Below, in pieces: positions 26,853-36,843 of a stretch of 64,000 nt of DNA (position 1 is its first letter; each line of letters begins with the position of its first letter). The stretch lies in the IMG/VR virus record IMGVR_UViG_3300025585_000039, positions 16,004 through 80,003 of that record; one strand, written 5' to 3'. This DNA comes from a virus. A program made the translations under genes and the position numbers. A model generated the notes under the pieces. The model saw nothing but the letters and a program-made list of their open reading frames with translations, made no database searches and was not told where the DNA came from.

Positions 26853-27444
26853 TCGAGAACCCTCCGTTTGCAAAATACCAATCCTTGTACAATTTTGCTT
26901 TTGCATCTACAAACTTCTTTGTAGCCTCATCTTTTGGTGGCAATGTTGGATCTGTGAAATGACAGAATATCATTTCTACATATTGGTCATCGGAGAATTC
27001 TTTTGGTTCTCTCCAATGAATTTGATGTGTACCAGAAAATGTTGCTGCCTGATTATTTAATAGAGGTAGTGCTCTATGCTCAACGACAATGTTCCAGTCA
27101 ACGTTTCCATCTAGTTGATAGTCAAACGTGAATTTGGATTCTTTGAAAGTTTCATCATAATGTGGGAATAATGATGGACGGAACTTTACCCCATCCTTTT
27201 CAGTATTCTTGTATATTGCATGACAGTATTCAGTCAAAACAATATTTTCATTGCCACTGATAACTATTGCATAATGTGTTAATTTATCTACAATATTCTG
27301 TGGGAGTTGTATAAAATTATTTAATTGACAGTGTGGAGCCACAAATGCGGAGCCAGTGCTTGCAACAACGGACTCCTTTATCTGACCAATCTCTTCTTCT
27401 GTAAAAACATTATCTACTACTACATTTGGTATATCGTATCTCAT
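26836..27444 (-). CDS. 2OG-Fe(II) oxygenase-like protein (family A)
   Basis: LFPHYD...TFDYQLDGN..W...QIHWRE. Confidence 0.75.
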   Translation of the reverse strand: MRYDIPNVVVDNVFTEEEIGQIKESVVASTGSAFVAPHCQLNNFIQLPQNIVDKLTHYAIVISGNENIVLTEYCHAIYKNTEKDGVKFRPSLFPHYDETFKESKFTFDYQLDGNVDWNIVVEHRALPLLNNQAATFSGTHQIHWREPKEFSDDQYVEMIFCHFTDPTLPPKDEATKKFVDAKAKLYKDWYFANGGFSNEKTA

Positions 27445-27467
27445 TTTTTCTCCTAGTTACTACTCTA

Positions 27468-27752
27468 TTATACAGCATCAATCAGTTGTTCTAACATCTC
27501 TAATTCTATAATTGCTAGTCTTACCTTTGCATTACCCTCGCCCAGCACCACAAAAATTGCTGGATCATTACCATTCCGAATCGCATCAGTAACGGCCTTG
27601 GCCCAATTATCTTTATTTACTGTAAATCCTTTTGGGTATTCTTTAAAATCTACAGTAAAGTTATGCCATGTGGCATCACCTTTTTTAGTATTTCTGCCAG
27701 AGTTTTTATGTGGCTTGGCACCAATTCTTTTACTCTCCGTCTGTTCGCTCAT
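27468..27752 (-). CDS. small PD-(D/E)XK nuclease, Hjc-like resolvase
   Basis: SE..E, NSGR...KGD, VDFK. Confidence 0.6.
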   Translation of the reverse strand: MSEQTESKRIGAKPHKNSGRNTKKGDATWHNFTVDFKEYPKGFTVNKDNWAKAVTDAIRNGNDPAIFVVLGEGNAKVRLAIIELEMLEQLIDAV

Positions 27753-27912
27753 AATCCTTTTTCTTTCTTTTTGCAAAAGAAACTTTGCTCAAATGCTTTT
27801 CTTTGCACATCCAAGTTGCCTCTTTTGTATCAGCATAGAGTCTTAATGTTGGTACTTCCATCTTGCATGTGTGGCATACAAACTTGCCAGAATAAACTGT
27901 ATAGGATGCCAC
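27730..27912 (-). CDS. zinc-ribbon hypothetical protein
   Basis: CxxC...CxxxH. Confidence 0.65.
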   Translation of the reverse strand: MASYTVYSGKFVCHTCKMEVPTLRLYADTKEATWMCKEKHLSKVSFAKRKKKDYERTDGE

Positions 27913-28448
27913 TAAGCACCTGAACCAAATCTAAAAAATACCATCTTAAGAAATTCACCCTCTGCAAAAGTTTTGTCTACCCTAGAGTGCAACTGTCTTA
28001 CTGGATCCATTACTAGCGCATCATTATCTCCTAAAGTATAAATTTCATCATCTATACATAAATCCCAACTGGTATTTGATTCTAGTTGATAATTAATCAT
28101 CAAGGATGAATCTCCGCCATCCTTGTGTGATCTTAAAACTGGCCTACCATATTTTCCAGAATACTCTACCGCCATAATTCCATGAGCCTTTATGGAATGA
28201 TGATTAGTGCCATCTAAGTCATCTGCTATTTTTTGAATAGAAGGCATAATAGATTTTGGTATATTTAATTGCTCAACATCTAAACGACCCATAAATTTAT
28301 GCACTACAGTTTTAGTATTTTGTCCTTCTAGGTATCCTGGATCATCTAGGTATACTGTCTCACGAGAATTCTGCTCTCTTTCAATAAATGATTTTAATAG
28401 AGCAACTTGTTCTTCTGATAAAACATTTCTTACAATATATGGTTTCAT
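27912..28448 (-). CDS. 2OG-Fe(II) oxygenase-like protein (family A)
   Basis: LRSHKD...INYQLESN..W...QLHSR. Confidence 0.72.
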   Translation of the reverse strand: MKPYIVRNVLSEEQVALLKSFIEREQNSRETVYLDDPGYLEGQNTKTVVHKFMGRLDVEQLNIPKSIMPSIQKIADDLDGTNHHSIKAHGIMAVEYSGKYGRPVLRSHKDGGDSSLMINYQLESNTSWDLCIDDEIYTLGDNDALVMDPVRQLHSRVDKTFAEGEFLKMVFFRFGSGA

Positions 28449-29458
28449 TATGAGATCTTTCCTTTAATCTGTTCCTGAAGATCTAAATCTTCTTTGACAC
28501 GATTAATAAATCCTTCTCTACCCTGAACTTTTGTTCCATCATCAAACTGGTACCATGCTCCAGTTCTATTGATTATGCCAAGTGATTCAGCAGTATCACA
28601 AAGATCGCCGATAGTGTCAATCCCAATAGAATCACCTCTAAAATAGAAATCATATTCACCAGACTGAAAAGCAGGAGAAGTTTTCGAAAACTGTAATTCC
28701 CATCTAACTTTGCGACCAATCTTTTCTTCAATAAGTTTGTCACCAACATGTATTTTTCCCTTCAATGCTTGGTTTTCTGATTCTGACGAAAATAATTTAA
28801 TAACCGTAGAAGAATAAAACTTAGTAGCCTGACCACCAGTAGGCTGCTGGCTAGTATACATAGCATTAATATTATTGCGAGACTGGCTAATAAGGACAAG
28901 CAAAGTAGGCTTAACTTTATTGTTAGCATAGTTAAGCATTTTCCATGCATTGCTAAAGTCTCTAGATTCCGCTCCAATTTGCTTGGTATTCTCCAGTTGC
29001 TTGAGTTCATCAGAATCCTTTTCAAAATAGATTGCTGGAAGTAGAGATGTAATTGAGTCAACGACAATCATATCAACCCCAGCCTCCATCAATTGTACAC
29101 CCACATCTACCATCTCATTAATTGTTCTTGCTTGAGAATAAATCAGTTTAGTAGTATCTACGCCTAATCTTTCAGCCCAAGTCTTATCATAAGACATCTC
29201 TGCATCGATCCATGCACAAATCTTATCCTCCTGTTGGGCCTGTGCAATCATTTGTAGACAGAGTGAGGACTTGGCAGATGATTTAGATCCCCAGATAAGT
29301 ACCTGCCTTCCATACGGTAAGCCACCACCCAAAGCACGATTTAGTCCAAAACTTGGTGTGGCAGCAAACTCTGTCTTAGGCACAGCATCGCCTACAAGAA
29401 TATTTTTACGTAACTTAGGATTTAAGTTTGCTAGTACTTCTTCTACTGTTACTGACAT
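28448..29458 (-). CDS. recA: RecA/UvsX-like recombinase
   Basis: LGGGLPYGR, Walker A variant GSKSSAKS, WIDAE, IVVDS, PTGGQATKFYSS. Confidence 0.93.
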   Translation of the reverse strand: MSVTVEEVLANLNPKLRKNILVGDAVPKTEFAATPSFGLNRALGGGLPYGRQVLIWGSKSSAKSSLCLQMIAQAQQEDKICAWIDAEMSYDKTWAERLGVDTTKLIYSQARTINEMVDVGVQLMEAGVDMIVVDSITSLLPAIYFEKDSDELKQLENTKQIGAESRDFSNAWKMLNYANNKVKPTLLVLISQSRNNINAMYTSQQPTGGQATKFYSSTVIKLFSSESENQALKGKIHVGDKLIEEKIGRKVRWELQFSKTSPAFQSGEYDFYFRGDSIGIDTIGDLCDTAESLGIINRTGAWYQFDDGTKVQGREGFINRVKEDLDLQEQIKGKIS

Positions 29459-29775
29459 TAGAATCTTACCCCATGCTTCTGTGGACGATCTTTATTAATG
29501 TTAGCCTTTTCCTGTAAAGCATAGTCAAGGGAGACTGTGGTATACCCTGCCTGTACAAGACCAGCATATAGATCTAGTGTACGAATAAAGATATCTGCAG
29601 TTTCCATTGCAATCTCTTCTTCTCCCTTGTCCTTACGAATTGCTTCCATAAGTTCTGTGACCTCTGATACAATCATCATACATTGTTTTGCAATAAAAAT
29701 ATCATCAGTTTCATTAGGCCAAAAACCTTTTGCTACTGCCGTTTCGTGTAATTGTTCTGCTAAATCATCAAGCAT
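29458..29775 (-). CDS. MazG-like NTP pyrophosphohydrolase
   Basis: SEVTELMEA...ETADIFIR. Confidence 0.85.
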   Translation of the reverse strand: MLDDLAEQLHETAVAKGFWPNETDDIFIAKQCMMIVSEVTELMEAIRKDKGEEEIAMETADIFIRTLDLYAGLVQAGYTTVSLDYALQEKANINKDRPQKHGVRF

Positions 29776-32700
29776 TTATATCCTCCAATATAACCGTTCC
29801 ATCTTTTGTCTTGCCAAAATCAAACTTATAAACATTTCCTTCTTGTATTTTCATATATGCTTTAGCAAATGCGGTAGGAAATACAGTAACAGAATGTAAG
29901 TCTCTAGATGCATCCGCAACTGTGAGGGATGCCATCTTCTTGCCAGTTTTTGTAACACGTGGTTTAAATGATACCACGAACATCTCTTCATCTTTATATG
30001 GCAACATTCTATAATTTAAAAACTTAATTAATGCATTGTCAGATGTTTTAATTTCTTCAATTGGTACTGCAGAAACAACCCTGTTGTCATTAGCAAGTAA
30101 GATATACGTCTTGCCTGCTTCAATAGTTGTCTGCTCATCATCAAAAATACCAGTGCTACCAGTTTTATCTAGCAGTTCAACTCTTGACCATCCCTTTGCT
30201 CTCTTAATTCCTTTTATCATGCCCATCATAATAAAAGATCCCTTTTCTTCATAATCTTCTACAGGTGTAATAAATGCATGATAGTGAGATGGAACTGTCA
30301 AATTAAATTCTGGTAAGTTTAAATATTCGTAGAGGTTTTCTTTAATCTCTTCGTCATTTCTTGGGTTGTCACTAAATGTTGCTGCACCGACAACACGTAA
30401 TGCTTGAAGAGCACGGCTGTTAACTCCGTTTCCCTTAGTAAAAGTAAACTCCTCAAGTTCAGAATACGAATTGAAAGGCCTAGCAGAGATATACCTCTCA
30501 GCAATTTTATCTGATATGTACTTAATACCAGAAAGACCAAATCGTATACCCTTACCCTCAATTTTAAAATCAATATCTGAATCATTAATATGAGGTAGTT
30601 TAATGCTGATCCCCATTCTCTTTGCTTCAATAAGATATTCAGTCCTCGCATCTTTATCCTTTTCGTTCTTTAGTATTGAGTACATAAACTCAAGTGGATA
30701 GTAATATTTCAACCATGCTGTCCAATAGGAGAGGGTTGAGTAGGCCACTGCATGTGACTTGTTAAAAGAATATCCTGCGTGGGCTTCGAAATCATGCCAT
30801 AGGTCAAGAGCGTTATTAGGACTAATATACTTACTAGCACCAGTAACGAAACGATCTTGGAAGGCGTTAAATTCTTTTGCATCTTTCTTCTTTCCAATAA
30901 TCTTTCTAACTTTATCTGCTTCTGACATTGACATACCACCAAGTTCAACGCATGCCTGCATAACCTGTTCTTGATATAAAATACAACCATAGGTATCTTC
31001 TGTAAACTCTTTTAATACCTGATGTTTATAGTCAATGTTTTGACGACCATGCTTGCGTTCAATATAATCTTTTCCAATTGTATTCATTGCACCTGGACGT
31101 ACCAGAGCATTTGATGCAGCAAGTTCTGCCAAATTCTTTACACCCATTTTAATGAGTAGGTTGGTGTATGGTGTTGCTTCACACTGGAATACGCCTTTGG
31201 TATATCCATCTGAAAGCATTTGATAAACATTTTTATCATCCATATCAATAGAAAGAAGGTCTATCTTTTTACCTTCTCTTTCTTCAATAATATTTAATGT
31301 ATCTTTTAATACACTTAAGGTTTTAAGTCCAAGTGCATCGATTTTGATGAGACCAATCTTTTCAGCCTCTTCCATATCCACAGCAACGACAGGAATACGG
31401 TCATCGCTACCAGGAGAATTACGTGTCTCCATTGGTGCGTATTTAAAAATAGGATCTTTGCTAGTGACAACGCCAGCAGCGTGAATGCCAGTACCTCTAA
31501 TACGACCACGTAATTGTTCACCATATACCTCCACCTCTGGATATTTATCTCTAAACCATTCCGTTGTTTTTGAACTACAGAAATCATCCCAACTATCTAC
31601 TAACTTTAAAACTTTGTTTACATCTGGTAGTGGAATATTCAATACACGTGCAACATCTCGAACAACACCCTTATCTTTAAAAGAAAGAAATGTTGCAATA
31701 GAAGCAACGTGTCGATACTGTCTAACTAAATAATCTTTAACTTCTTCACGACGAGAATCCTGAATATCTGTATCGATATCTGGAAAGTCATTACGCTCTG
31801 GGTTAATAAAACGGAAGAACAAAAGTCCATGCTCAATAGGATCTATGTCCGTAATACCAAGTGTGTAGCAGAGCAACGAACCAGCAGCAGATCCACGACC
31901 TGGACCTACCATGATTCCTTCTTTCTTTGCCCAGTTAATCATGTTTCTTACAACAAGAAAGTATGGAGCAAATTTTTTATCACGAATAACTGATAACTCT
32001 TCTTCTAGTCTTTGTTCGTATATATCGTTACCAAGCCAGTTTGAGTTTAATCTTTTTTCTTCAAGCCCAGCAAAAGCAAGTTCTGCAAGTTCTCTGTCTG
32101 GATTCTTATACTGAACTGGTAAAAGATTTAAGCCTTCTTGTATATCGTAATCCTCTACCTTATTAGCAATCTCTAATGTGTTAGCATAAATATCTGGTCT
32201 ATCGATACCCTGCTTTTCCATTGCAGCCTTTATTTCTTCGTATGATAGTAAATGAATATCAAACTTATTAAAAGTTATGTCTCTGTCAGCACCATACAAA
32301 TAATCCAAACGCTTCATCATGTTGGTATGCTTTTTGGACTTTTCAAAAGTGTGTTCTTTGTCAATCTTGACATGTGTATTTAAGAGTAATTTAAACTCTT
32401 GAATTTCTTTTTGATCTGTTGTGCTGTGGTGGCAGTCTGGAGTAACAACAACCTTAATCTTATACTCATCTGCCAGAGCAATCAGTTGCTTGTTGATTTC
32501 TGACTCATTGTGTGGCATGACCTCAATATAATAGTCATCCTTAAATACTTTTTTAAACCATTCAATATATTTTTTGGTTATAGCAAATTCACTATTTTCC
32601 AAAGCCTTAACCAAAACACTGCTTGGGCAAGCAGATGTAACAATAATGCCCTCTGAATATTTTTCTAAAATTTCAAAATCAAATCGTGGCTTTTTGAAAT

Positions 32701-33052
32701 ATCCTTCTGTCCACGCAATCTCATTAATCTTGTTTAGGTTTTCCAAACCAATTTTATTTTTGGCGAGAAGGACTATATGGTTATAGACTAGATCTAGATC
32801 TCCATCTCTTTCAGACTTATCTCTAGTGTCAAATCTATCAGAACACATATAGCCTTCTACGCCGAGAATAGGCTTAATACCCTTTGCTTTTGCAATACGG
32901 TGCAGTTCCCTATGCCCAGATAAAGTACCGTGGTCAGTGATTGCCAATGCTGGCATCCCTAACTCAACTGCACGGTTCACGTATTCTTCTGGAGTAGCAA
33001 TCCCGTCAAATAACGAGTAATGGGTGTGTACGTGTAAGCCTACGTAAGACAT
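29768..33052 (-). CDS. dnaE: DNA polymerase III alpha subunit
   Basis: PHP domain HVHTHYS, GPGRGSAAGS, PDIDTD, YSFNKSH; no intein. Confidence 0.97.
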   Translation of the reverse strand: MSYVGLHVHTHYSLFDGIATPEEYVNRAVELGMPALAITDHGTLSGHRELHRIAKAKGIKPILGVEGYMCSDRFDTRDKSERDGDLDLVYNHIVLLAKNKIGLENLNKINEIAWTEGYFKKPRFDFEILEKYSEGIIVTSACPSSVLVKALENSEFAITKKYIEWFKKVFKDDYYIEVMPHNESEINKQLIALADEYKIKVVVTPDCHHSTTDQKEIQEFKLLLNTHVKIDKEHTFEKSKKHTNMMKRLDYLYGADRDITFNKFDIHLLSYEEIKAAMEKQGIDRPDIYANTLEIANKVEDYDIQEGLNLLPVQYKNPDRELAELAFAGLEEKRLNSNWLGNDIYEQRLEEELSVIRDKKFAPYFLVVRNMINWAKKEGIMVGPGRGSAAGSLLCYTLGITDIDPIEHGLLFFRFINPERNDFPDIDTDIQDSRREEVKDYLVRQYRHVASIATFLSFKDKGVVRDVARVLNIPLPDVNKVLKLVDSWDDFCSSKTTEWFRDKYPEVEVYGEQLRGRIRGTGIHAAGVVTSKDPIFKYAPMETRNSPGSDDRIPVVAVDMEEAEKIGLIKIDALGLKTLSVLKDTLNIIEEREGKKIDLLSIDMDDKNVYQMLSDGYTKGVFQCEATPYTNLLIKMGVKNLAELAASNALVRPGAMNTIGKDYIERKHGRQNIDYKHQVLKEFTEDTYGCILYQEQVMQACVELGGMSMSEADKVRKIIGKKKDAKEFNAFQDRFVTGASKYISPNNALDLWHDFEAHAGYSFNKSHAVAYSTLSYWTAWLKYYYPLEFMYSILKNEKDKDARTEYLIEAKRMGISIKLPHINDSDIDFKIEGKGIRFGLSGIKYISDKIAERYISARPFNSYSELEEFTFTKGNGVNSRALQALRVVGAATFSDNPRNDEEIKENLYEYLNLPEFNLTVPSHYHAFITPVEDYEEKGSFIMMGMIKGIKRAKGWSRVELLDKTGSTGIFDDEQTTIEAGKTYILLANDNRVVSAVPIEEIKTSDNALIKFLNYRMLPYKDEEMFVVSFKPRVTKTGKKMASLTVADASRDLHSVTVFPTAFAKAYMKIQEGNVYKFDFGKTKDGTVILEDINA

Positions 33053-33055
33053 CTA

Positions 33056-33709
33056 TTACCAGTCGATATTTGTACTAGTAACAGAAGGTGTGTCAAATCC
33101 AAAATAGAATGATTCTTGTTCTGGATATGGAACCTCACGAACAACCTTTTCTAGGTTGAAGAATTCAAGACCATCCCACTTAAATGGTTCTGAATCTGGC
33201 TTGGTAGGAAGAAGTGTGTAATTGGTTTCAGTACCCTGACCATTACGCTTTAACTTCCATTCAAGGTTTGATACGCTACCTGTGTCAAGTGCATATTCAC
33301 GAATATTATTAAATGCTGATTGCTTGCTAATACCTTGAGACCATACAGCAATATATGGATCTTCAAGACCATCATTAATCAAAACATTGCAGTAGAAACG
33401 AAGACGTGCTCTCCAGCCAGACTTCGGTTCCTTCTTGGCCATTTCACAACCGAAACAACGACCTTCTGTTTCCATTGTGCATGCAGCCTTACGCTTATAA
33501 TCTTTTGGATTAGTGTGTTCTGCAACTACTACAGATAAACCACGGCTCTCTGCATAGTTTGCTGAGTCCGAATCTAGTTCTTCTACGAATCGGATTTTTG
33601 CTGATTGTCCATCAGCCAACTTTACCCAACGAACCTTTTGTCCAGTACCTTCATACTTTGGCTTGTCGAGCAAGGCATTGATATCTTTGAGTCCTTTAAT
33701 TACGCTCAT
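33056..33709 (-). CDS. single-stranded DNA-binding protein (gp32-like)
   Basis: KLADGQS..IRF, Cys Zn motif, KRNG.G..T.Y, acidic/aromatic C-terminus; lies between primase and polymerase. Confidence 0.7.
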   Translation of the reverse strand: MSVIKGLKDINALLDKPKYEGTGQKVRWVKLADGQSAKIRFVEELDSDSANYAESRGLSVVVAEHTNPKDYKRKAACTMETEGRCFGCEMAKKEPKSGWRARLRFYCNVLINDGLEDPYIAVWSQGISKQSAFNNIREYALDTGSVSNLEWKLKRNGQGTETNYTLLPTKPDSEPFKWDGLEFFNLEKVVREVPYPEQESFYFGFDTPSVTSTNIDW

Positions 33710-33730
33710 TTTTTCTCCTTGTTTGTTATC

Positions 33731-34675
33731 TTAGTTTAGCATAGACAGTATTGACTTGTCAAACTGATATTCTAATTGTTTAATTGACGTGTCGTCCATA
33801 TCGCCTATATCTTTATATTGTTTATCTAACTGAATTACGCTAACACGAGAACCTAATCTTTCAATTAATCGATCTTTCATGTTACCGCCTGCCTCATCAT
33901 TATCTGCAATAACAATAATATTATTGAAGTATTTTTGAAGCAATTCTATTTGTGCATTTGAAACATTTGCACCCAAAGTAGCCACTGCTGGGAAACCAAC
34001 CTGATCTAATCTAATAGCATCAAATGAGGATTCAACCACATAAACCTTGTCTGCAATTTTTACTCTATGCAAATTAAATAAAGTTTTTGATTTTGGTAAT
34101 CCTGGGGTATTTTTAAATTCTTTACCTTCGATGGTTCGTGCAACAAAACCAATAATCATTCCATCTGGGCTATGTACTGGAACAGTGACCATATCTTGCT
34201 TTTCAGAAAATCCAAGCCAAAAGTTTTTCATTGACTGTTCGGTAATTAGTCTGCCTGAAAAATATCTTTTTGCTCTTGGAGATTCCATTGCCTGAGAATT
34301 TAATCTTTTAATCAATATCTCATCAAACTGGATAAAATCTGGTTTAACATAAAGTGCTTGGTTAATATCTTTTTCTAAATTAGATTCAGATTCTTTACCT
34401 TTGATAAAACGAATAGATTCAAAATAAGTGCGACCAGACGTGTGCATAACAAGTTCTACTAAATCTGCGACTTTCTGACAAGAAAAACAAAAAAATGTTC
34501 CATCGCTTTTATGCACTTCGCCAGCAGGAGTTCTTGTATTAGAATGAAATGGACAAAAGATAATATAATCAGAATCTACTTCTGATTCGATTGTGATTCC
34601 CGAACCTGTGAGAACTCTTTTAATTTGTTCTTTGGTGTAGGTATTGCTTTGTGTTCGTCTAGTCCTATTATCCAT
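33731..34675 (-). CDS. dnaG: DNA primase (CHC2 zinc finger plus TOPRIM)
   Basis: CPFH...CFSC, VVESSFDA, DNDEAG, KDIGD. Confidence 0.92.
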   Translation of the reverse strand: MDNRTRRTQSNTYTKEQIKRVLTGSGITIESEVDSDYIIFCPFHSNTRTPAGEVHKSDGTFFCFSCQKVADLVELVMHTSGRTYFESIRFIKGKESESNLEKDINQALYVKPDFIQFDEILIKRLNSQAMESPRAKRYFSGRLITEQSMKNFWLGFSEKQDMVTVPVHSPDGMIIGFVARTIEGKEFKNTPGLPKSKTLFNLHRVKIADKVYVVESSFDAIRLDQVGFPAVATLGANVSNAQIELLQKYFNNIIVIADNDEAGGNMKDRLIERLGSRVSVIQLDKQYKDIGDMDDTSIKQLEYQFDKSILSMLN

Positions 34676-34920
34676 TCGCTCTGTCTTCTTCCTATGTATA
34701 CTCCGTATAATGTTAATTCAAATTCAAAAAATTTTTTCTTTTCGTTATAGTCTACCGTAAAATCTGGCACTATGTCAAGTCTTGGTACATAACCTGCCAA
34801 TCGCATTTCTGTAACCAGAAGGCGGATATACTCCTCCTTCAATCTCCAGATTACAGCCTCGTCGCTGATCATTCCGTTGAGATTGAACTTCTTCAATGGT
34901 TTGTGATGAAAAGTTGCCAT
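34576..34920 (-). CDS. hypothetical protein
   Basis: ORF; ATG 7 nt after TATAAT, leaderless geometry. Confidence 0.7.
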   Translation of the reverse strand: MATFHHKPLKKFNLNGMISDEAVIWRLKEEYIRLLVTEMRLAGYVPRLDIVPDFTVDYNEKKKFFEFELTLYGVYIGRRQSEWIIGLDEHKAIPTPKNKLKEFSQVRESQSNQK

Positions 34921-34942
34921 GTATCATATTATATCTGCTATC

Positions 34943-36160
34943 TCAATTCTCAAAGTCTTTATATCTATAATGTCCTCTGTCAAAGTCTACTTCAACCAAG
35001 AATTCACCCATAAAACCATTTCTATTCTTTCTAAATACACATTCAATAATGTCGCTATTGGCTCCACGACCAAGTGCCATAACCCAGTCAGCATCATATG
35101 CGATCTGTCTAGACCAAGCAGTTTGACCCAATGTTGGAACGGTATCGAGTTTAGTAACGTCATCTGGAGTAGCAGATGAGATTGCAATAATTGGTACTTC
35201 TTCTGCAATTGCCATTAACTTTAATTCACGAGAGAGGTTCTTCATACGTACCGTCTCATTGTCAGACTTTTGATTTGGACTCATGAGTTGTAGGTAGTCA
35301 ACAATAATAAAGTCTGGTTTGTACTGATCAATCTTTCCACGCAGGACAGATGGAGTTACATCTCCACCAGAGTCATTAGAGATAATATGAAATTCGGGTT
35401 TTCCAACAAGACGATCTCCATGCCACTTCTTAAGCATGTCAATCTCAACCTGTCCAGAACTGAGTTTTCTATGTGACCAAAGACCTTCGCCCATAATTGT
35501 AAATACACGGTTACGAACTTCTGTCTCACTCATTTCCAATGAAATGACTAATGGGGATTTGCCTTGCTTCCATGCTTGTACAGCAAAGTACAAAGAAAGC
35601 CAAGACTTACCAATACCAGGATATGCTAGGAAGACACCCAACTGTCCTGGCATGATTCCTGCTGGAAGATAATTATCAAATCCTGGTAAACCAGTTTTAA
35701 TTCCAACAGAACCTAATTCTTGTTGCTTCTTTACTTGTTCATAATATGCAACTGCTGAATCTAAATCCGTAACATCGATATCACGAATTGCAGCAGTGTT
35801 CTTTTTTAATTCTGAAGTTTTCTGAATCAGTGTTTCAAGTGCTGCAGGACCTTGGCCACTCTGTACCTCTGTTGCAGTAGCCCTAAGAATATCTTTAAGA
35901 CTATCTGTTAAATACTCTGCCTGCAATTCATCTAGGTGATGCTTTGTTGCTCCCACTCCAGTAGAAGGTGTAAAGTCTCTAAACTTTTCAACAACAAGGG
36001 ATAGTGGTGGAACGGATCCATTGTGTTCAGAATAGTTTCGTATAAAGTTCCAAATGTCTCCATGAGTTCTTAGGATGTTGTCAACATTTGCTTGTAAGAG
36101 TACATGAACCTGTCTATCTTCAAGGACAGCGGTAATAAGTTTATTCTCAGTATTATTCAC
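34943..36160 (-). CDS. dnaB: DnaB-like replicative helicase
   Basis: AYPGIGKS, SLEMS, IVDYLQLM, KNRNG. Confidence 0.95.
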   Translation of the reverse strand: MNNTENKLITAVLEDRQVHVLLQANVDNILRTHGDIWNFIRNYSEHNGSVPPLSLVVEKFRDFTPSTGVGATKHHLDELQAEYLTDSLKDILRATATEVQSGQGPAALETLIQKTSELKKNTAAIRDIDVTDLDSAVAYYEQVKKQQELGSVGIKTGLPGFDNYLPAGIMPGQLGVFLAYPGIGKSWLSLYFAVQAWKQGKSPLVISLEMSETEVRNRVFTIMGEGLWSHRKLSSGQVEIDMLKKWHGDRLVGKPEFHIISNDSGGDVTPSVLRGKIDQYKPDFIIVDYLQLMSPNQKSDNETVRMKNLSRELKLMAIAEEVPIIAISSATPDDVTKLDTVPTLGQTAWSRQIAYDADWVMALGRGANSDIIECVFRKNRNGFMGEFLVEVDFDRGHYRYKDFEN

Positions 36161-36461
36161 TTAACCACTTCCTAGCCATTGCTCGTCTCTCTTCTCGTTC
36201 TCTTTTGTCTTGTTCTATTTGATTTCGTTTTTCAATTATAGCATCTGCATAATTGACGTAATACTTCCAATTTGGTTCATTTGCAATTTCAAAATAATAG
36301 GATAACAAATCATAACATGCTGGCAATCCATATGATTCAATCAATGCATCTGCAGCCCATTGCTCTACGTTTAAATTGAGAGATGGCTTCTGCTCATATC
36401 GCTGAGTATATAATTTGCTATAACGACTAAGCAAAGCCATGCGGTCTTTGCGCTCAGCCAT
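36153..36461 (-). CDS. hypothetical protein (possible helicase loader)
   Basis: ORF directly upstream of dnaB; function inferred from position only. Confidence 0.65.
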   Translation of the reverse strand: MAERKDRMALLSRYSKLYTQRYEQKPSLNLNVEQWAADALIESYGLPACYDLLSYYFEIANEPNWKYYVNYADAIIEKRNQIEQDKREREERRAMARKWLSE

Positions 36462-36463
36462 TA

Positions 36464-36670
36464 CTACTCTTCTAACTCAGACTTTGCTTCAGCAATTTTT
36501 TCAGTTAGTTTATCTTCTACAAACTTGTAGACTCTTTCAAAAGCATCGTTAGTATTCTCTCCATCACGCTTTGAATCTACAACCCCAAGATCCAGTCTCA
36601 AGGATTGAAAATTTCCAAGGTTGAGGGTATAACCCAATGTTACAGAAACTTTAGTATTCTCATTTTCCAT
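36464..36670 (-). CDS. hypothetical protein
   Basis: LGYTLNLGNFQSLRLD; SD AGGAG. Confidence 0.75.
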   Translation of the reverse strand: MENENTKVSVTLGYTLNLGNFQSLRLDLGVVDSKRDGENTNDAFERVYKFVEDKLTEKIAEAKSELEE

Positions 36671-36698
36671 TTATATTTTCTCCTATGTGTTTTAAACA

Positions 36699-36727
36699 AT
36701 CATATCACAGAAGTCTGTGAAAGTCAA
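36699..36727 (-). promoter_or_regulatory. sigma70-type promoter TTGACT-N17-TATGAT with palindromic spacer, heading the replication operon
   Basis: TTGACT TTCACAGACTTCTGTGA TATGAT. Confidence 0.75.
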
Positions 36728-36843
36728 GCATTGTCTTTCTATGGAAGGTGCCAAATCATCCATTAAAGCCACTTTATAGGGGTTTTTAGCCCCTACCATA
36801 AGTTGCTGGTCATTCTGCCCCCTAGAGGCTGGTTTATGACCCA

